Origin: SAR116 cluster bacterium AG-335-B03 | Lineage (GTDB): Bacteria > Pseudomonadota > Alphaproteobacteria > Puniceispirillales > Marisalimonadaceae | Reading direction: 5' to 3' | DNA: 64,000 nucleotides | Assembly (NCBI GenBank): GCA_003282435.1 | Contig: QBZG01000002.1 | Location: forward strand, 44,967 to 108,966 | Shown: positions 19,605 through 29,125 of the stretch, piece after piece | Position numbering within the stretch: the first letter of the stretch is position 1 | Layout: the number at the start of each line of letters is the position of its first letter | Notes under the pieces: generated by a model | Databases searched by the model: none | The model's input: the letters and a program-made list of their open reading frames with translations, nothing else | Told to the model about the DNA's origin: nothing | Program-made: the position numbers and the translations under genes

Positions 19605-21218
19605 ATGAACCACATCCATTCATCCACCAAAGAATATGACGCTATAATTGTAGGAGCGGGCTTTTCAGGTTTATATCAGTTGATATGTCTGAGAGATCAG
19701 CTTGGTCTTAATTGTTTAGTACTAGAGACAGGAGATGATGTTGGAGGAACATGGTACTGGAACCGTTATCCGGGTGCACGATGTGATACAGAGAGCCATG
19801 CATATTCTTATTATTTTTCAGATGAACTGTTAAAAGAATGGACATGGTCAGAAAGATATCCGGGTCATGAAGAAATTAGAAAATATATGAATTTTGTAGC
19901 AAGTAAGTTTGATCTTAAAAAAGATATTCTATTCAAACAAAAAGTAACAAGTGCTAAATTTATAGAAGATAGTAATAATTGGGATGTAACAACTGATAAT
20001 AATTATTTTAAATGTAAATTTCTAATTACGGCAGTGGGATGTTTGTCAAATACTAATATTCCTAAAATCAAAGGGTTAGAGAATTTTGAAGGTAGTTATT
20101 ACCATACAGGAAACTGGCCGAAAAATAGTGTTTCATTTGTAAATAAAACAGTAGGACAAATTGGAACAGGTTCTACAGGTATACAAGCAGTGCCCGTAAT
20201 TGCAGCTGAAGCTAAACATTTAACAGTTTTTCAAAGAACAGCTAATTATAGTATTCCTGCCAGGAACAAACCATTAACAGAAGAATTTAAAAAACAAGTT
20301 AAAGAAAATTTTCAATATTATAAAGATCTTATTAAAAGAACACCTAACGCACATCCTTTTGAAATTTCAGATCGTCTTGTTTCTGATGTTAATTCAGAAG
20401 AAATGAATCAAATTTACGAAAAAGCATGGGAAAAAGGTGGCTTGCAATTCCGAGCTGCTTTTAATGACTTAGTTACTAACCTTGAGGCCAACAAAACAGC
20501 ATCTGATTTTATTAAAAATAAAATTAATGAAACTGTCTTAAACAAAAAATTTGCTTCTATTCTGTCTGATATTGACCACCCTTATGCAGGCAAAAGGCCA
20601 CCTATTGATAGCAATTATTTTGAAACTTATAATAGAGATAATATTAACCTAATAGATCTGAGACGTGATCCAATCAAGTGTATAAATAAAAATGGAATTG
20701 AAACTGAAAAAAACAATTTTGATTTAGATATTATTGTGTTTGCTACAGGTTATGATGCAATGACTGGACCGCTTTTGAATATGAATATATTCGGCAAAAA
20801 TAATTTAAAATTAGAAAATGACTGGAAAGAAGGACCAAAAACATTTTTAGGACTTCAAATTCCTGGTTTTCCAAATTTATTCACTATAACAGGGCCAGGT
20901 AGCCCGTCAGTTTTAACAAATATGCCAATGGCAATAGAACAGCATGTAGAGTGGATAAGGGATTGTATAAGTTTCATGATTAAGAAAGAATATACTACTA
21001 TTGAAGCACGTCCAAATTTAGCGAAAAAATGGGGTGAAGAGGTGAACAGAGTTGCTAATAAAACATTACTACCTACTGTTAAACACTCTTGGTACTTAGG
21101 GGCAAATATTCCAGGTAAACCTCGCTTATTTATGCCCTATGCTGGCGGGCTTCCAAGATATAGTAAAATATGTGATGAAGTTAAAAGAAATAATTTTGAG
21201 GATTTTATTTTAGCTTAA
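19605..21218 (+). CDS. Type I Baeyer-Villiger monooxygenase (cyclohexanone monooxygenase family)
   Basis: GAGFSG, GGTWYWNRYPGARCD, fingerprint FEGSYYHTGNWP, GTGSTG, ATGYD, SWYLGANIPGKP. Confidence 0.93.
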   Translation: MNHIHSSTKEYDAIIVGAGFSGLYQLICLRDQLGLNCLVLETGDDVGGTWYWNRYPGARCDTESHAYSYYFSDELLKEWTWSERYPGHEEIRKYMNFVASKFDLKKDILFKQKVTSAKFIEDSNNWDVTTDNNYFKCKFLITAVGCLSNTNIPKIKGLENFEGSYYHTGNWPKNSVSFVNKTVGQIGTGSTGIQAVPVIAAEAKHLTVFQRTANYSIPARNKPLTEEFKKQVKENFQYYKDLIKRTPNAHPFEISDRLVSDVNSEEMNQIYEKAWEKGGLQFRAAFNDLVTNLEANKTASDFIKNKINETVLNKKFASILSDIDHPYAGKRPPIDSNYFETYNRDNINLIDLRRDPIKCINKNGIETEKNNFDLDIIVFATGYDAMTGPLLNMNIFGKNNLKLENDWKEGPKTFLGLQIPGFPNLFTITGPGSPSVLTNMPMAIEQHVEWIRDCISFMIKKEYTTIEARPNLAKKWGEEVNRVANKTLLPTVKHSWYLGANIPGKPRLFMPYAGGLPRYSKICDEVKRNNFEDFILA

Positions 21219-21222
21219 ATAC

Positions 21223-21699
21223 TTAAGTCTCCGAAAGTTGCTGTATTTTATTTATATTAGTCCTAATTTTTTTAATTCTCTCTTCAATTAAATTTTTCTT
21301 TGGAGGTGACTTTGAGTCAAGTTGGTCTAGTAACATTGATATTTCATTTGCTAATTCATTGCTCTGTTTATTTGAATCTATCAATCTTATTTGTGTTTTT
21401 CTAATTAATGCACTTAGAATTACGTTGGATTTAATCATTTTAGTAAAATATGATTTTGGTATTTTTTTTGCCACTAATTTTTGGGCGCACACCCTTGCAG
21501 TCACTGTTCTAGGCACATCTAAAAGTATCGAACTTTCTCCAAAGATTTCCCCTATACCCAACCTATTAAGCTTTAAACCATCTTTTGTTTCTAAATTGAC
21601 ATATCCTTCTAATATTAGATACGCCTCTTTTGGTAAGCTCCCAGCTTCATATATAACTTCACCTGGTTCCCATATTGCTGACTTACCATTATCAAGCAT
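21223..21699 (-). CDS. Cyclic nucleotide-binding domain protein with C-terminal coiled coil
   Basis: AYLILEG, GEIFGE, PRTVTA; helical C-terminus with no clear HTH. Confidence 0.75.
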   Translation of the reverse strand: MLDNGKSAIWEPGEVIYEAGSLPKEAYLILEGYVNLETKDGLKLNRLGIGEIFGESSILLDVPRTVTARVCAQKLVAKKIPKSYFTKMIKSNVILSALIRKTQIRLIDSNKQSNELANEISMLLDQLDSKSPPKKNLIEERIKKIRTNINKIQQLSET

Positions 21700-21732
21700 G
21701 TAGTATTTCCTCTTAAAATTAATTTGGGTTAG

Positions 21733-21924
21733 TTATCCTGTAATTTTTAATGGTTCCATCCAAAAAATATAGCCATAAAAGAGTAAATAGCAATAGAACA
21801 GACCATAAGCCCACCACGGTTTAGGTTTGAATTTTTTACTTTCTTTCTCAATTATTTCTAATTCTTCTTTATAATTTTTATAATGATTCATCATAAAATT
21901 AGATCTGGCCAATAATTTCTCCAT
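21733..21924 (-). CDS. Small hypothetical membrane protein
   Basis: 63 aa, single aromatic-rich C-terminal TM segment; fills the gap between pcaG and the cNMP gene on the same strand. Confidence 0.5.
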   Translation of the reverse strand: MEKLLARSNFMMNHYKNYKEELEIIEKESKKFKPKPWWAYGLFYCYLLFYGYIFWMEPLKITG

Positions 21925-21938
21925 GTTAATTCAAAGTA

Positions 21939-22547
21939 TCAAATATCTAAAAATATTGTTTCTTTATCACCTTGTAAAAATATATCAAATAAATAAATAT
22001 CTTCATCAATTTTTTTAGCGACTAAACTACTTACGTCGTTTCTGCTATTCTTTGCAGTGGATAAAAGAGGATCATTATTTAAATCATCCCCCTCAAAATA
22101 TATCCGGGTGTTTAGTGTCATATTTAATCCTCTAGAAGATATTGATAATAATATATGAGGACTTTGTGTTTTGCCATCAATGTTATTGATAAACCCAGGT
22201 TTTAAAGTATATAGATTAAATTTTTTAGTTAAACTGTTTGGAACAAATCGAGCAAAACCACTTTCAGGTGAATACACTCCATTTTCATCACTTTGCCAAG
22301 TTTCGAGCATGATATCGTCTAAAGCTTTACCATCACCGTCAAATACTGAACCAGTAATCGTTATAAACTTGTCATTATGTTGGTTAGCAAAAGGTTTTAC
22401 ACCCAAATCGTTATCAAAGACTCCCTCAATATTTATTGCATTAGGTAAACACCCAATATGAAGAAAAGGACCAGCTGTTTGGAATGGTGTTTCATCTAGA
22501 ACTGTTTTGATATCACTCAATTTATAATCCCTCTTTTCTGTTTTCAA
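21939..22547 (-). CDS. pcaG: Protocatechuate 3,4-dioxygenase alpha subunit
   Basis: ETPFQTAGPFLHIG, ETWQ, PHI, RGLN..LNTRIYF, FDIFLQG..ETIFLD. Confidence 0.9.
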   Translation of the reverse strand: MKTEKRDYKLSDIKTVLDETPFQTAGPFLHIGCLPNAINIEGVFDNDLGVKPFANQHNDKFITITGSVFDGDGKALDDIMLETWQSDENGVYSPESGFARFVPNSLTKKFNLYTLKPGFINNIDGKTQSPHILLSISSRGLNMTLNTRIYFEGDDLNNDPLLSTAKNSRNDVSSLVAKKIDEDIYLFDIFLQGDKETIFLDI

Positions 22548-23244
22548 AAAAAGTTTGGTTAGTACCTCTTAGAATAATATCAAACTTATAGGATAATAAT
22601 TTTTGTGTATTATACCTTGATGTGTCAAGTGTACTTATCAAGCTTTGCTTAGCTTTTTCATCAGGTATCGAATTTACCATAGGGCAAGAATTTATAAGAG
22701 GATCGCCCTCAAAATACATTTGAGTAATTAACCTCTGACCAAAACTCTTTCCAAATACAGAAAAATGAATATGCATTGGTCTCCATTCTATTCCACGATT
22801 TTGATATGGATATGGGCCGGGTTGAATTGTAATAAATTCGTAATACCCTTTTGAGGAAGTTATATATCTACCGCAACCAGCAAAATTAGGATCAATAGGA
22901 GCCGTGTTACTATCATTATGATGAAGATATTTACCAGCGGCATTGGCTTGCCAAATTTCAATGAGCGCTCCTTCAATTGGATTAGCAAATTGATCAGAAA
23001 TTGTTCCAAAAACGATTATTTTGTGCCCTACAGGTAAGATATTATTCTTTGAGAAATTTAATGTTAAATCATTATCTAACTTACCTAAAATATTTTTATT
23101 AAAAACAGGCCCAGAAATCTCTGTTGATGTGGATGAAAAAGAAATCTTTTTATTTTTAGGAGCCCTTAAAAGGCTAGACTTATAATCAGGAAAGTTTAAT
23201 TGAGGGTGTGTTTTAAGATTTCTTTTTATAAGTGCTTCAACCAT
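22522..23244 (-). CDS. pcaH: Protocatechuate 3,4-dioxygenase beta subunit
   Basis: EIWQANAAGKY, DPNFAG, PGPYP, WRPMHIHFS (Fe ligands), TQMYFEGDP. Confidence 0.93.
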   Translation of the reverse strand: MVEALIKRNLKTHPQLNFPDYKSSLLRAPKNKKISFSSTSTEISGPVFNKNILGKLDNDLTLNFSKNNILPVGHKIIVFGTISDQFANPIEGALIEIWQANAAGKYLHHNDSNTAPIDPNFAGCGRYITSSKGYYEFITIQPGPYPYQNRGIEWRPMHIHFSVFGKSFGQRLITQMYFEGDPLINSCPMVNSIPDEKAKQSLISTLDTSRYNTQKLLSYKFDIILRGTNQTFFENRKEGL

Positions 23245-23281
23245 TTTTTTTCCTAGTATACTAACTTAACTACAAATTAAT

Positions 23282-24451
23282 TTAGTAAGGTAAACCAACA
23301 TAATTTTCGGCCAAAACAGTTTGGGATGCAACTGAATTTTCTAAATATTCTAATTCGGAATCTTGTATACGTTGATCAAATGATGTTTGATCAGGGAACT
23401 TATGAAAAGTTGTTGTCATCCACCAACTAAATCTAATTGCCTTCCAAACTCTTGATAAAGCTTTTGAAGAATAAATATCTAAATCATCCTTTATTTCGAA
23501 CTTATAATATTGTTCAAAAGCTTTATATAAATAATAGACATCTGAAAAAGCTAAATTTAAACCTTTTGCACCAGTAGGTGGTACAATATGAGCGGCGTCT
23601 CCAACTAAAAATAATTTTTTCCAGCTCATTGGTTCGCAAACGAATGATCTAAGAGGCGCAATAGATTTTTCTATTGATTGTCCTGTCATAATTGTGTCTG
23701 CAGCTTCTGTTGGAAGCCTTTTTTTCAATTCATCCCAAAACTTTATATCTGGCCAATCTTCAATTTTGTCATTCAAGGATGTCTGAATATAATATCTACT
23801 TAAATTCTGGTTTCTCATCGAGGCTAAAGCAAAACCACTTCCATGATTTGCGTAAATTAGTTCGTCACTTACAGGAGATGTTTCAGATAAGATACCTAGC
23901 CATCCAAATGGATAAACCCTTTCATGGGTTCTAATAATATTCTTTGGTATAGTGCTTCTACTAATTCCGTGGTATCCGTCACAGCCCACAATAAAATCAC
24001 AAGTGATTTTTGTTTCAATACCATTTTTTTTAAAAGTTACATATGGATTTTCTGTATCAATTTCCTTAGGAAGGACCTCTTCAGCATTATTTATTATAGT
24101 TCCATTTGCTTTTTGTATTATTTCATATAAATCTTTTGTTACTTCAGTTTGACCATAAACAGTTACATATTTATTAGTTAATTTTTTTAGATTTATTCTA
24201 AATCCATGGTTCTTAAACGATAATTGTATCCCGTCATGTTTAAAGCCTTCTTTTTCTAATCTATCAGAAACACCGGCCATTTTTAGCATTTCTATAGTCC
24301 CACTTTCTAAAACTCCTGCCCTAATTCTTCCAATTACATGTTCTTGGGATTGTTTTTCAAGAACCACATTATCAATACCCACTAAAGATAAAAGTCTTGA
24401 TAATAACAAGCCTGAAGGACCTCCTCCTATTATAACAATATTTGTTTTCAT
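23282..24451 (-). CDS. pobA: 4-hydroxybenzoate 3-monooxygenase
   Basis: GGGPSG, RIRAGVLE, VYGQTEV, GCDGYHG, GDAAHIVPPTGAKGLN, AENYVGLPY. Confidence 0.96.
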   Translation of the reverse strand: MKTNIVIIGGGPSGLLLSRLLSLVGIDNVVLEKQSQEHVIGRIRAGVLESGTIEMLKMAGVSDRLEKEGFKHDGIQLSFKNHGFRINLKKLTNKYVTVYGQTEVTKDLYEIIQKANGTIINNAEEVLPKEIDTENPYVTFKKNGIETKITCDFIVGCDGYHGISRSTIPKNIIRTHERVYPFGWLGILSETSPVSDELIYANHGSGFALASMRNQNLSRYYIQTSLNDKIEDWPDIKFWDELKKRLPTEAADTIMTGQSIEKSIAPLRSFVCEPMSWKKLFLVGDAAHIVPPTGAKGLNLAFSDVYYLYKAFEQYYKFEIKDDLDIYSSKALSRVWKAIRFSWWMTTTFHKFPDQTSFDQRIQDSELEYLENSVASQTVLAENYVGLPY

Positions 24452-24479
24452 TAAAACTATTCCTTGGAAGCTATAATTA

Positions 24480-24929
24480 TTACTTCAAATATATTACCAA
24501 CAAAAAAATAGCTGCAATTATTTGAACAAAATTAATAAAGACTGAAAACTTATGTAATTTATCGAATTTATTATGATTGTTTTCATCTTTTGCCTTATTA
24601 ATCATTGGCATTAAAATTTGTCTGGAAAAAAGAAAGCCAAACATAATAATAGAAAAAACTAATAAAGAAATGTTACTTTTTTCAAAAATGGATAAGACAA
24701 TACCAGATGAACTTAAAATAAAGCCAAAGAGATAATATTTAGGAAAAAAAATTCTCAAAAATCTAGATGACTGCTTTTCGTCTAAAACTTTAAATACTGA
24801 GGTGGCAACTACTAGTGGAAAAAAAATCATAAAACTTAAAATGGCGCCCGCAACAAATATTAACAAATCTTTCTCCTCATAAATTATTTTTTTCTTAAAA
24901 TTAGATGTTTTAAAATTTAGTAATATCAT
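24480..24929 (-). CDS. DUF4149-like membrane protein (true start probably TTG near 24866, after gaggag)
   Basis: FLRIFFPKYY, LMPMINKAKD, FDKLHKFSV; 4 TM segments. Confidence 0.7.
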   Translation of the reverse strand: MILLNFKTSNFKKKIIYEEKDLLIFVAGAILSFMIFFPLVVATSVFKVLDEKQSSRFLRIFFPKYYLFGFILSSSGIVLSIFEKSNISLLVFSIIMFGFLFSRQILMPMINKAKDENNHNKFDKLHKFSVFINFVQIIAAIFLLVIYLK

Positions 24930-24969
24930 ACAATATATTGTTTTTAAAAAAAATTCTTGAGAAATAATA

Positions 24970-25512
24970 ATGAATAAAAATGTAATATCTTACTCGGTTA
25001 ATACTCTTATTTCAAAAGAACAAATCAAAACAAGAATTACTGAACTGGGACGGGAAGTAAACCAATTTTATAAAAATACAAATAAACTTCTTGTTGTTGG
25101 ATTATTAAGAGGATCCTTTGTATTTATTGCAGATTTAGTCCGTGAATTAAAAATACCAGTAGAGGTGGATTTTATGACGGCATCTAGTTATGGCAACTCT
25201 ATGCAATCATCCAATAATATAAGAATCTTAACAGACTTAAACACAGACATAAAAAACCTAGATGTCTTGTTAGTTGAAGATATTATTGATACTGGTCATA
25301 CACTTAATCAAGTTATTAAATTGCTAAAAAACAGGAAACCGAAAAGTCTTGAAGTTTGCTGTTTATTAAATAAATTTTCTAGGCGCGAAACGAATGTTGA
25401 AAGTAAGTGGGTAGGTTTTGATATACCTGACGAGTTTGTAGTAGGATATGGCATCGATTATGCTCAAGACAACAGACATTTACCCTTTATTGGAAAAGTA
25501 GTTCAGAAATAA
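24970..25512 (+). CDS. hpt: Hypoxanthine phosphoribosyltransferase
   Basis: LLRGSFVFIADL, SSYG, VLLVEDIIDTGHTL, FVVGYGIDY. Confidence 0.95.
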   Translation: MNKNVISYSVNTLISKEQIKTRITELGREVNQFYKNTNKLLVVGLLRGSFVFIADLVRELKIPVEVDFMTASSYGNSMQSSNNIRILTDLNTDIKNLDVLLVEDIIDTGHTLNQVIKLLKNRKPKSLEVCCLLNKFSRRETNVESKWVGFDIPDEFVVGYGIDYAQDNRHLPFIGKVVQK

Positions 25513-25514
25513 GT

Positions 25515-25584
25515 TGGGAATAGCTTAATTTATTTACCATTTAGGTAGGATAATCGTGGAGATTTACAAAAAGCTATTCCCATT
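25515..25584 (-). ncRNA. Candidate ~70-nt structured small RNA
   Basis: Perfect 12-bp inverted repeat TGGGAATAGCTT (25515-25526) / AAGCTATTCCCA (25571-25582) enclosing two mini-hairpins; begins at the predicted +1 of a sigma54 promoter. Confidence 0.5.
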
Positions 25585-25594
25585 AATGAACATC

Positions 25595-25610
25595 TGCAAA
25601 TCACATGCCA
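25595..25610 (-). promoter_or_regulatory. sigma54 (-24/-12) promoter
   Basis: Minus strand TGGCATGTGATTTGCA matches TGGCAYG-N4-TTGCW with correct GG/GC spacing. Confidence 0.6.
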
Positions 25611-25625
25611 AATTGATACTTTATT

Positions 25626-25949
25626 TTACTCTATTTTAATAAAGTTTTCTAAATTAATTTTATCTGAGTATTCAACTTCACATTCACCAGCAACTCTAGA
25701 AACAGATCCTCCCATTTCTTTAATATCTTGCCAAAACTGATCTGTCCAAGCAGATCTTTCTTTTAAAGCATAATCTTTATCTTTAAATACATGAAAAATT
25801 TCTACTTGTGTGTCGGTAACACTCAAAAAACTCCTTAAAATTAATCCTCCATCTTCAAACATGTATTTACTTTTTGATTTAAGTCGATCAAGAATAGCCT
25901 CTCTAGCTAATTTGTTTTGAAATTTAATTGTAATTGTAGTCCCAAACAT
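25626..25949 (-). CDS. Hypothetical protein, possible dimeric alpha+beta barrel fold
   Basis: 107 aa with alternating beta-alpha pattern; directly downstream of the ADH. Confidence 0.6.
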   Translation of the reverse strand: MFGTTITIKFQNKLAREAILDRLKSKSKYMFEDGGLILRSFLSVTDTQVEIFHVFKDKDYALKERSAWTDQFWQDIKEMGGSVSRVAGECEVEYSDKINLENFIKIE

Positions 25950-25969
25950 TTTTTAGCTTTCCCTATTTA

Positions 25970-27112
25970 CTAAACATTATGAGGTTTAATAACTATTTTA
26001 ATTGCATCATCTATTCTTTCCCGAGCATACTTTAATGCAATTGGCAAATCAATCATGTCAAATGTATGAGTGTGCACTAGTTTTGCATCAAATTTTTTCT
26101 CTTTCATAAACTCCATTGCTCTATGAGTAGAGCTTTTACCCTCACCTCTAATTCCAAACATGTAGATATTATTTATAACCATGTGCGGAATGTTAATTTT
26201 AACGGCATTGTGAGGGAAAGCTGCCAAACATATTTTCCCTCCCCTATTCGTCATCATGATAGCATCATTTAATGCCTGTTCAGTACCTGCACATTCCACT
26301 ACATAGTCAGCACCCTTTTCACCAACTATTTTTTTTACAGCTTTAACAATATCTGTTTCATTTTTTATATTAAGTGTAAAATCTGCACCAAGTTGTCTCC
26401 CAATTTTTAGGCGACCATCTCTGGTGCCGATGAGAATTACAGGACCTGCACCTAAAGCCTTTCCAACTGCAACACCTAACAAACCTATTGGGCCAGGTCC
26501 AATAACCACCAGACTTTCACTAGCGATAAGACCTCCTAATTCTGTCAAACCATACATAGTAGTACCAGCTGTAACAACCAAAGTTGCTTCTTCATCAGAC
26601 ATAGTGTCTGGAACTTTTATTAATGTATTTATGTTATTTATAGCATACTGCTTAAACCCACCATCTGTTGTAAATCCATTTGCCCTATGACCTTTATTAA
26701 CATCTCCATAGTTAAGGCCATAATTGTGGCAGGAGGTATACATGCCCATACGACACCTCTTACATTGCCCACATCCAGAGTGAATTTCTACAGTAACCCT
26801 ATCTCCAATGTTAAATTCATCGACAGATGGTCCTAAGGCTACTACTGTTCCCATATATTCATGTCCTGGGGTGAAATTTTTATTAAATGGTAATCCTCCC
26901 TCTATTAATGCAGGAGGGCCACGACTTATAACATCAAGGTCGGTTGCACAAATAGCTACTGCGTCAATTTTAATCAACACTTCTGATTTGTCTGGCATTT
27001 CTACCATTTTGTCGACCAAAAATAACTCATCAGGATTTCCTAAAACCCAAGCTTTCATTTTCTCAGGTATAGAAAATTTTTGAGACGTTTTTCCCTTAAA
27101 TTTTATGGACAT
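25970..27112 (-). CDS. Zinc-dependent MDR alcohol dehydrogenase
   Basis: ICATD, GHEYMG, CGQCKRC...C structural Zn site, GPGPIG, VVECAG. Confidence 0.9.
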   Translation of the reverse strand: MSIKFKGKTSQKFSIPEKMKAWVLGNPDELFLVDKMVEMPDKSEVLIKIDAVAICATDLDVISRGPPALIEGGLPFNKNFTPGHEYMGTVVALGPSVDEFNIGDRVTVEIHSGCGQCKRCRMGMYTSCHNYGLNYGDVNKGHRANGFTTDGGFKQYAINNINTLIKVPDTMSDEEATLVVTAGTTMYGLTELGGLIASESLVVIGPGPIGLLGVAVGKALGAGPVILIGTRDGRLKIGRQLGADFTLNIKNETDIVKAVKKIVGEKGADYVVECAGTEQALNDAIMMTNRGGKICLAAFPHNAVKINIPHMVINNIYMFGIRGEGKSSTHRAMEFMKEKKFDAKLVHTHTFDMIDLPIALKYARERIDDAIKIVIKPHNV

Positions 27113-27176
27113 GACAAAAACCTTTATAAAAGTTAATCAATCCATTTAAACAACAATTTGTCAAACATGATTATCT

Positions 27177-28049
27177 TTAAATATTATATTTCTTTTTATA
27201 CTCACGCCAAGTAGTAAACAATCCAGAACCAATAACAACTATTACACCTATTACAATCATAGAATTTATACTTTCAGAAAAGATTGTTACTCCAATTATA
27301 GATCCAAAAACTAATTGAAGATAAGAAAAAGGCTGTATAACAGATGCTTCTGCAACTTGTAATGTTTTTACCATCATAAAATGTGAGCTAGCACTTAACA
27401 AACACATGACAAAAAGCCACAAATACTCCTCTTTAGGAATATTATTCCAAATAAACAAACTAATTATACTCATAGTTACTGTACCTCCAATTCCCATCCA
27501 AAAAAAACTAGTAATGGGTGAATCTTGCCTGGAAACATATCTTGTCAAAATTAGATAAACTGCAAACATTACAGCACCAATTAGTGCAAAAATTGATCCT
27601 TCAGAAATAATATTTGTAGTAGGCCTTAAAATAATTATTACACCAACAAAACCTACAAATATTGCCGTCCAGCGTTTCCAACCAAACTTTTCACCCAAAA
27701 AAGGAACAGATAAGCCTGCGACAATCAGAGGATAACATGCGATAATTGCATGTGTTTCAACAAGGCCTAATAGGGTAAATGTGTAAACAACTAGACAATT
27801 ATTTAATGATAAAATGAGACCTCTCGTAAATTGTATATATGGCTGTTTAGTATACAATATTTTTGTCAAACTATTCTTAATAAATAAACATGAAATAATC
27901 ATAATTGTAGCAATAAACCAATAACGCATAGTAACTAATGTGAAGACGTTATTGCGTTCGGCTAAGAACCTAGAAACACCATCCATGGCTGAAAACATAA
28001 ATGTAGTAACAACCATTAGGCATATTCCTAAAAGGACATTATTTTGCAT
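27177..28049 (-). CDS. DMT/EamA family transporter
   Basis: ~10 TM; LGEKFGWKRW, GVIIILRP, ASVIQPFSYLQL. Confidence 0.88.
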   Translation of the reverse strand: MQNNVLLGICLMVVTTFMFSAMDGVSRFLAERNNVFTLVTMRYWFIATIMIISCLFIKNSLTKILYTKQPYIQFTRGLILSLNNCLVVYTFTLLGLVETHAIIACYPLIVAGLSVPFLGEKFGWKRWTAIFVGFVGVIIILRPTTNIISEGSIFALIGAVMFAVYLILTRYVSRQDSPITSFFWMGIGGTVTMSIISLFIWNNIPKEEYLWLFVMCLLSASSHFMMVKTLQVAEASVIQPFSYLQLVFGSIIGVTIFSESINSMIVIGVIVVIGSGLFTTWREYKKKYNI

Positions 28050-28106
28050 AAAAACTCTAAATAAGAAGTAAACTTAATTTATATATTGTTTGAAAAGTTC
28101 TAACAA

Positions 28107-28139
28107 TCATAAAAATAGAGACCCTAAGGTCTCTATTTT
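28107..28139 (-). terminator. Rho-independent terminator
   Basis: AAAATAGAGACC-CTAA-GGTCTCTATTTT 12-bp stem; T-run on the minus strand. Confidence 0.75.
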
Positions 28140-28165
28140 AAATAAGGAGGAATATAAATTACTTA
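28107..28165 (-). ncRNA. Candidate anti-Shine-Dalgarno sRNA (suhB/MmgR-like architecture)
   Basis: Minus strand ATTCCTCCTTA immediately upstream of a terminator; the plus-strand AAGGAGG has no downstream start codon. Confidence 0.4.
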
Positions 28166-28201
28166 CTTTCTAGCAATGTTAACGACATTTAAAAAAAAAG
28201 T

Positions 28202-29125
28202 TTAACTTAGAGATAAACTATCTTGTAAAGTTTCAACTTGATTTATATGCATAAAAGCCTCTTCATGCTGAAATGAATCAAAATTCTTGATAGGTGGTCG
28301 ACATGCACTAGTTTCAAATATTCCTTCTTGAACACGTAACAATTTTGAAAATTTAATAGCTATATCAATATGCTGATGAGTAAAAGATAAAATTGGTAAA
28401 ATTTGATTAAATAATTCTCTAGAAGCTTCAATTTTATTTTCATTAAATAACTTATAAATTTTATTATAAATAATTTCCATCGTTGAAGGAATAAATGCAT
28501 GTACTCCTCTATTTAATGCTTCTATCATTCCCATAATAGCCCATCCACCACTAAGATGTAATTGATGATTTGCTGCTTCTAAGATCCTAGAATATTTAGG
28601 ACCAGAATTTAATACTTCTATTTTTAAAGCTCTGAACTTATTGATGTTTTCAAATAGTAACATTATGTCTTCGTCACTCATCCCATTATCTGTCCAGGAT
28701 AAATCCTGTATCATTAAATTGTGTGGACCTGCTTCAGCAATTTCATTAAAACATTGTAACAATTCACTTCCAGAAACTTTCTCAGGGGTCTGGCATAATA
28801 TCCATTCAGCACCTGCTTCTTTTGCAGATTTAGCCAAAGCAATTCTATCTTTTTGATTTTTTGCACTACAACTTATAATTATGGGTATTCTATTTTTATT
28901 ATAACTTAAACATTCATCAATAATCACCTTCTTTTCTTCAAAAGATAAACTTGAGTTTTCACCTGCAACAGCTCCAACAAGCATGCCTGAGCACCCGGTA
29001 ATAATTGTGTGATCAATAAGATTTTTTAAGCTGGGTATGTCAATTTTATTTTGATTACAAAAAGGAGTGTGAAGACTAGGTATAATTCCTCTTAGACCAT
29101 CAATTAGTTTTTTTTCTTTATCCAA
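28202..29125 (-). CDS. Dihydrodipicolinate synthase (DapA/NAL) family aldolase/dehydratase
   Basis: GIIPSLHTPF, GAVAGE..SLSFEEK, Schiff-base Lys in ALKIE; the canonical GTTGE is altered, so probably not true DapA. Confidence 0.8.
   Translation of the reverse strand: MDKEKKLIDGLRGIIPSLHTPFCNQNKIDIPSLKNLIDHTIITGCSGMLVGAVAGENSSLSFEEKKVIIDECLSYNKNRIPIIISCSAKNQKDRIALAKSAKEAGAEWILCQTPEKVSGSELLQCFNEIAEAGPHNLMIQDLSWTDNGMSDEDIMLLFENINKFRALKIEVLNSGPKYSRILEAANHQLHLSGGWAIMGMIEALNRGVHAFIPSTMEIIYNKIYKLFNENKIEASRELFNQILPILSFTHQHIDIAIKFSKLLRVQEGIFETSACRPPIKNFDSFQHEEAFMHINQVETLQDSLSLS

Noticed and set aside
25530-25583. 17-aa leaderless peptide MGIAFCKSPRLSYLNGK as a CDS
   Set aside because: The start codon would be largely buried in the 12-bp stem and there is no homology support; mentioned only as an alternative
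28202-29125. Gene symbol dapA
   Set aside because: The canonical GTTGE and catalytic Tyr motifs are altered; family-level call only
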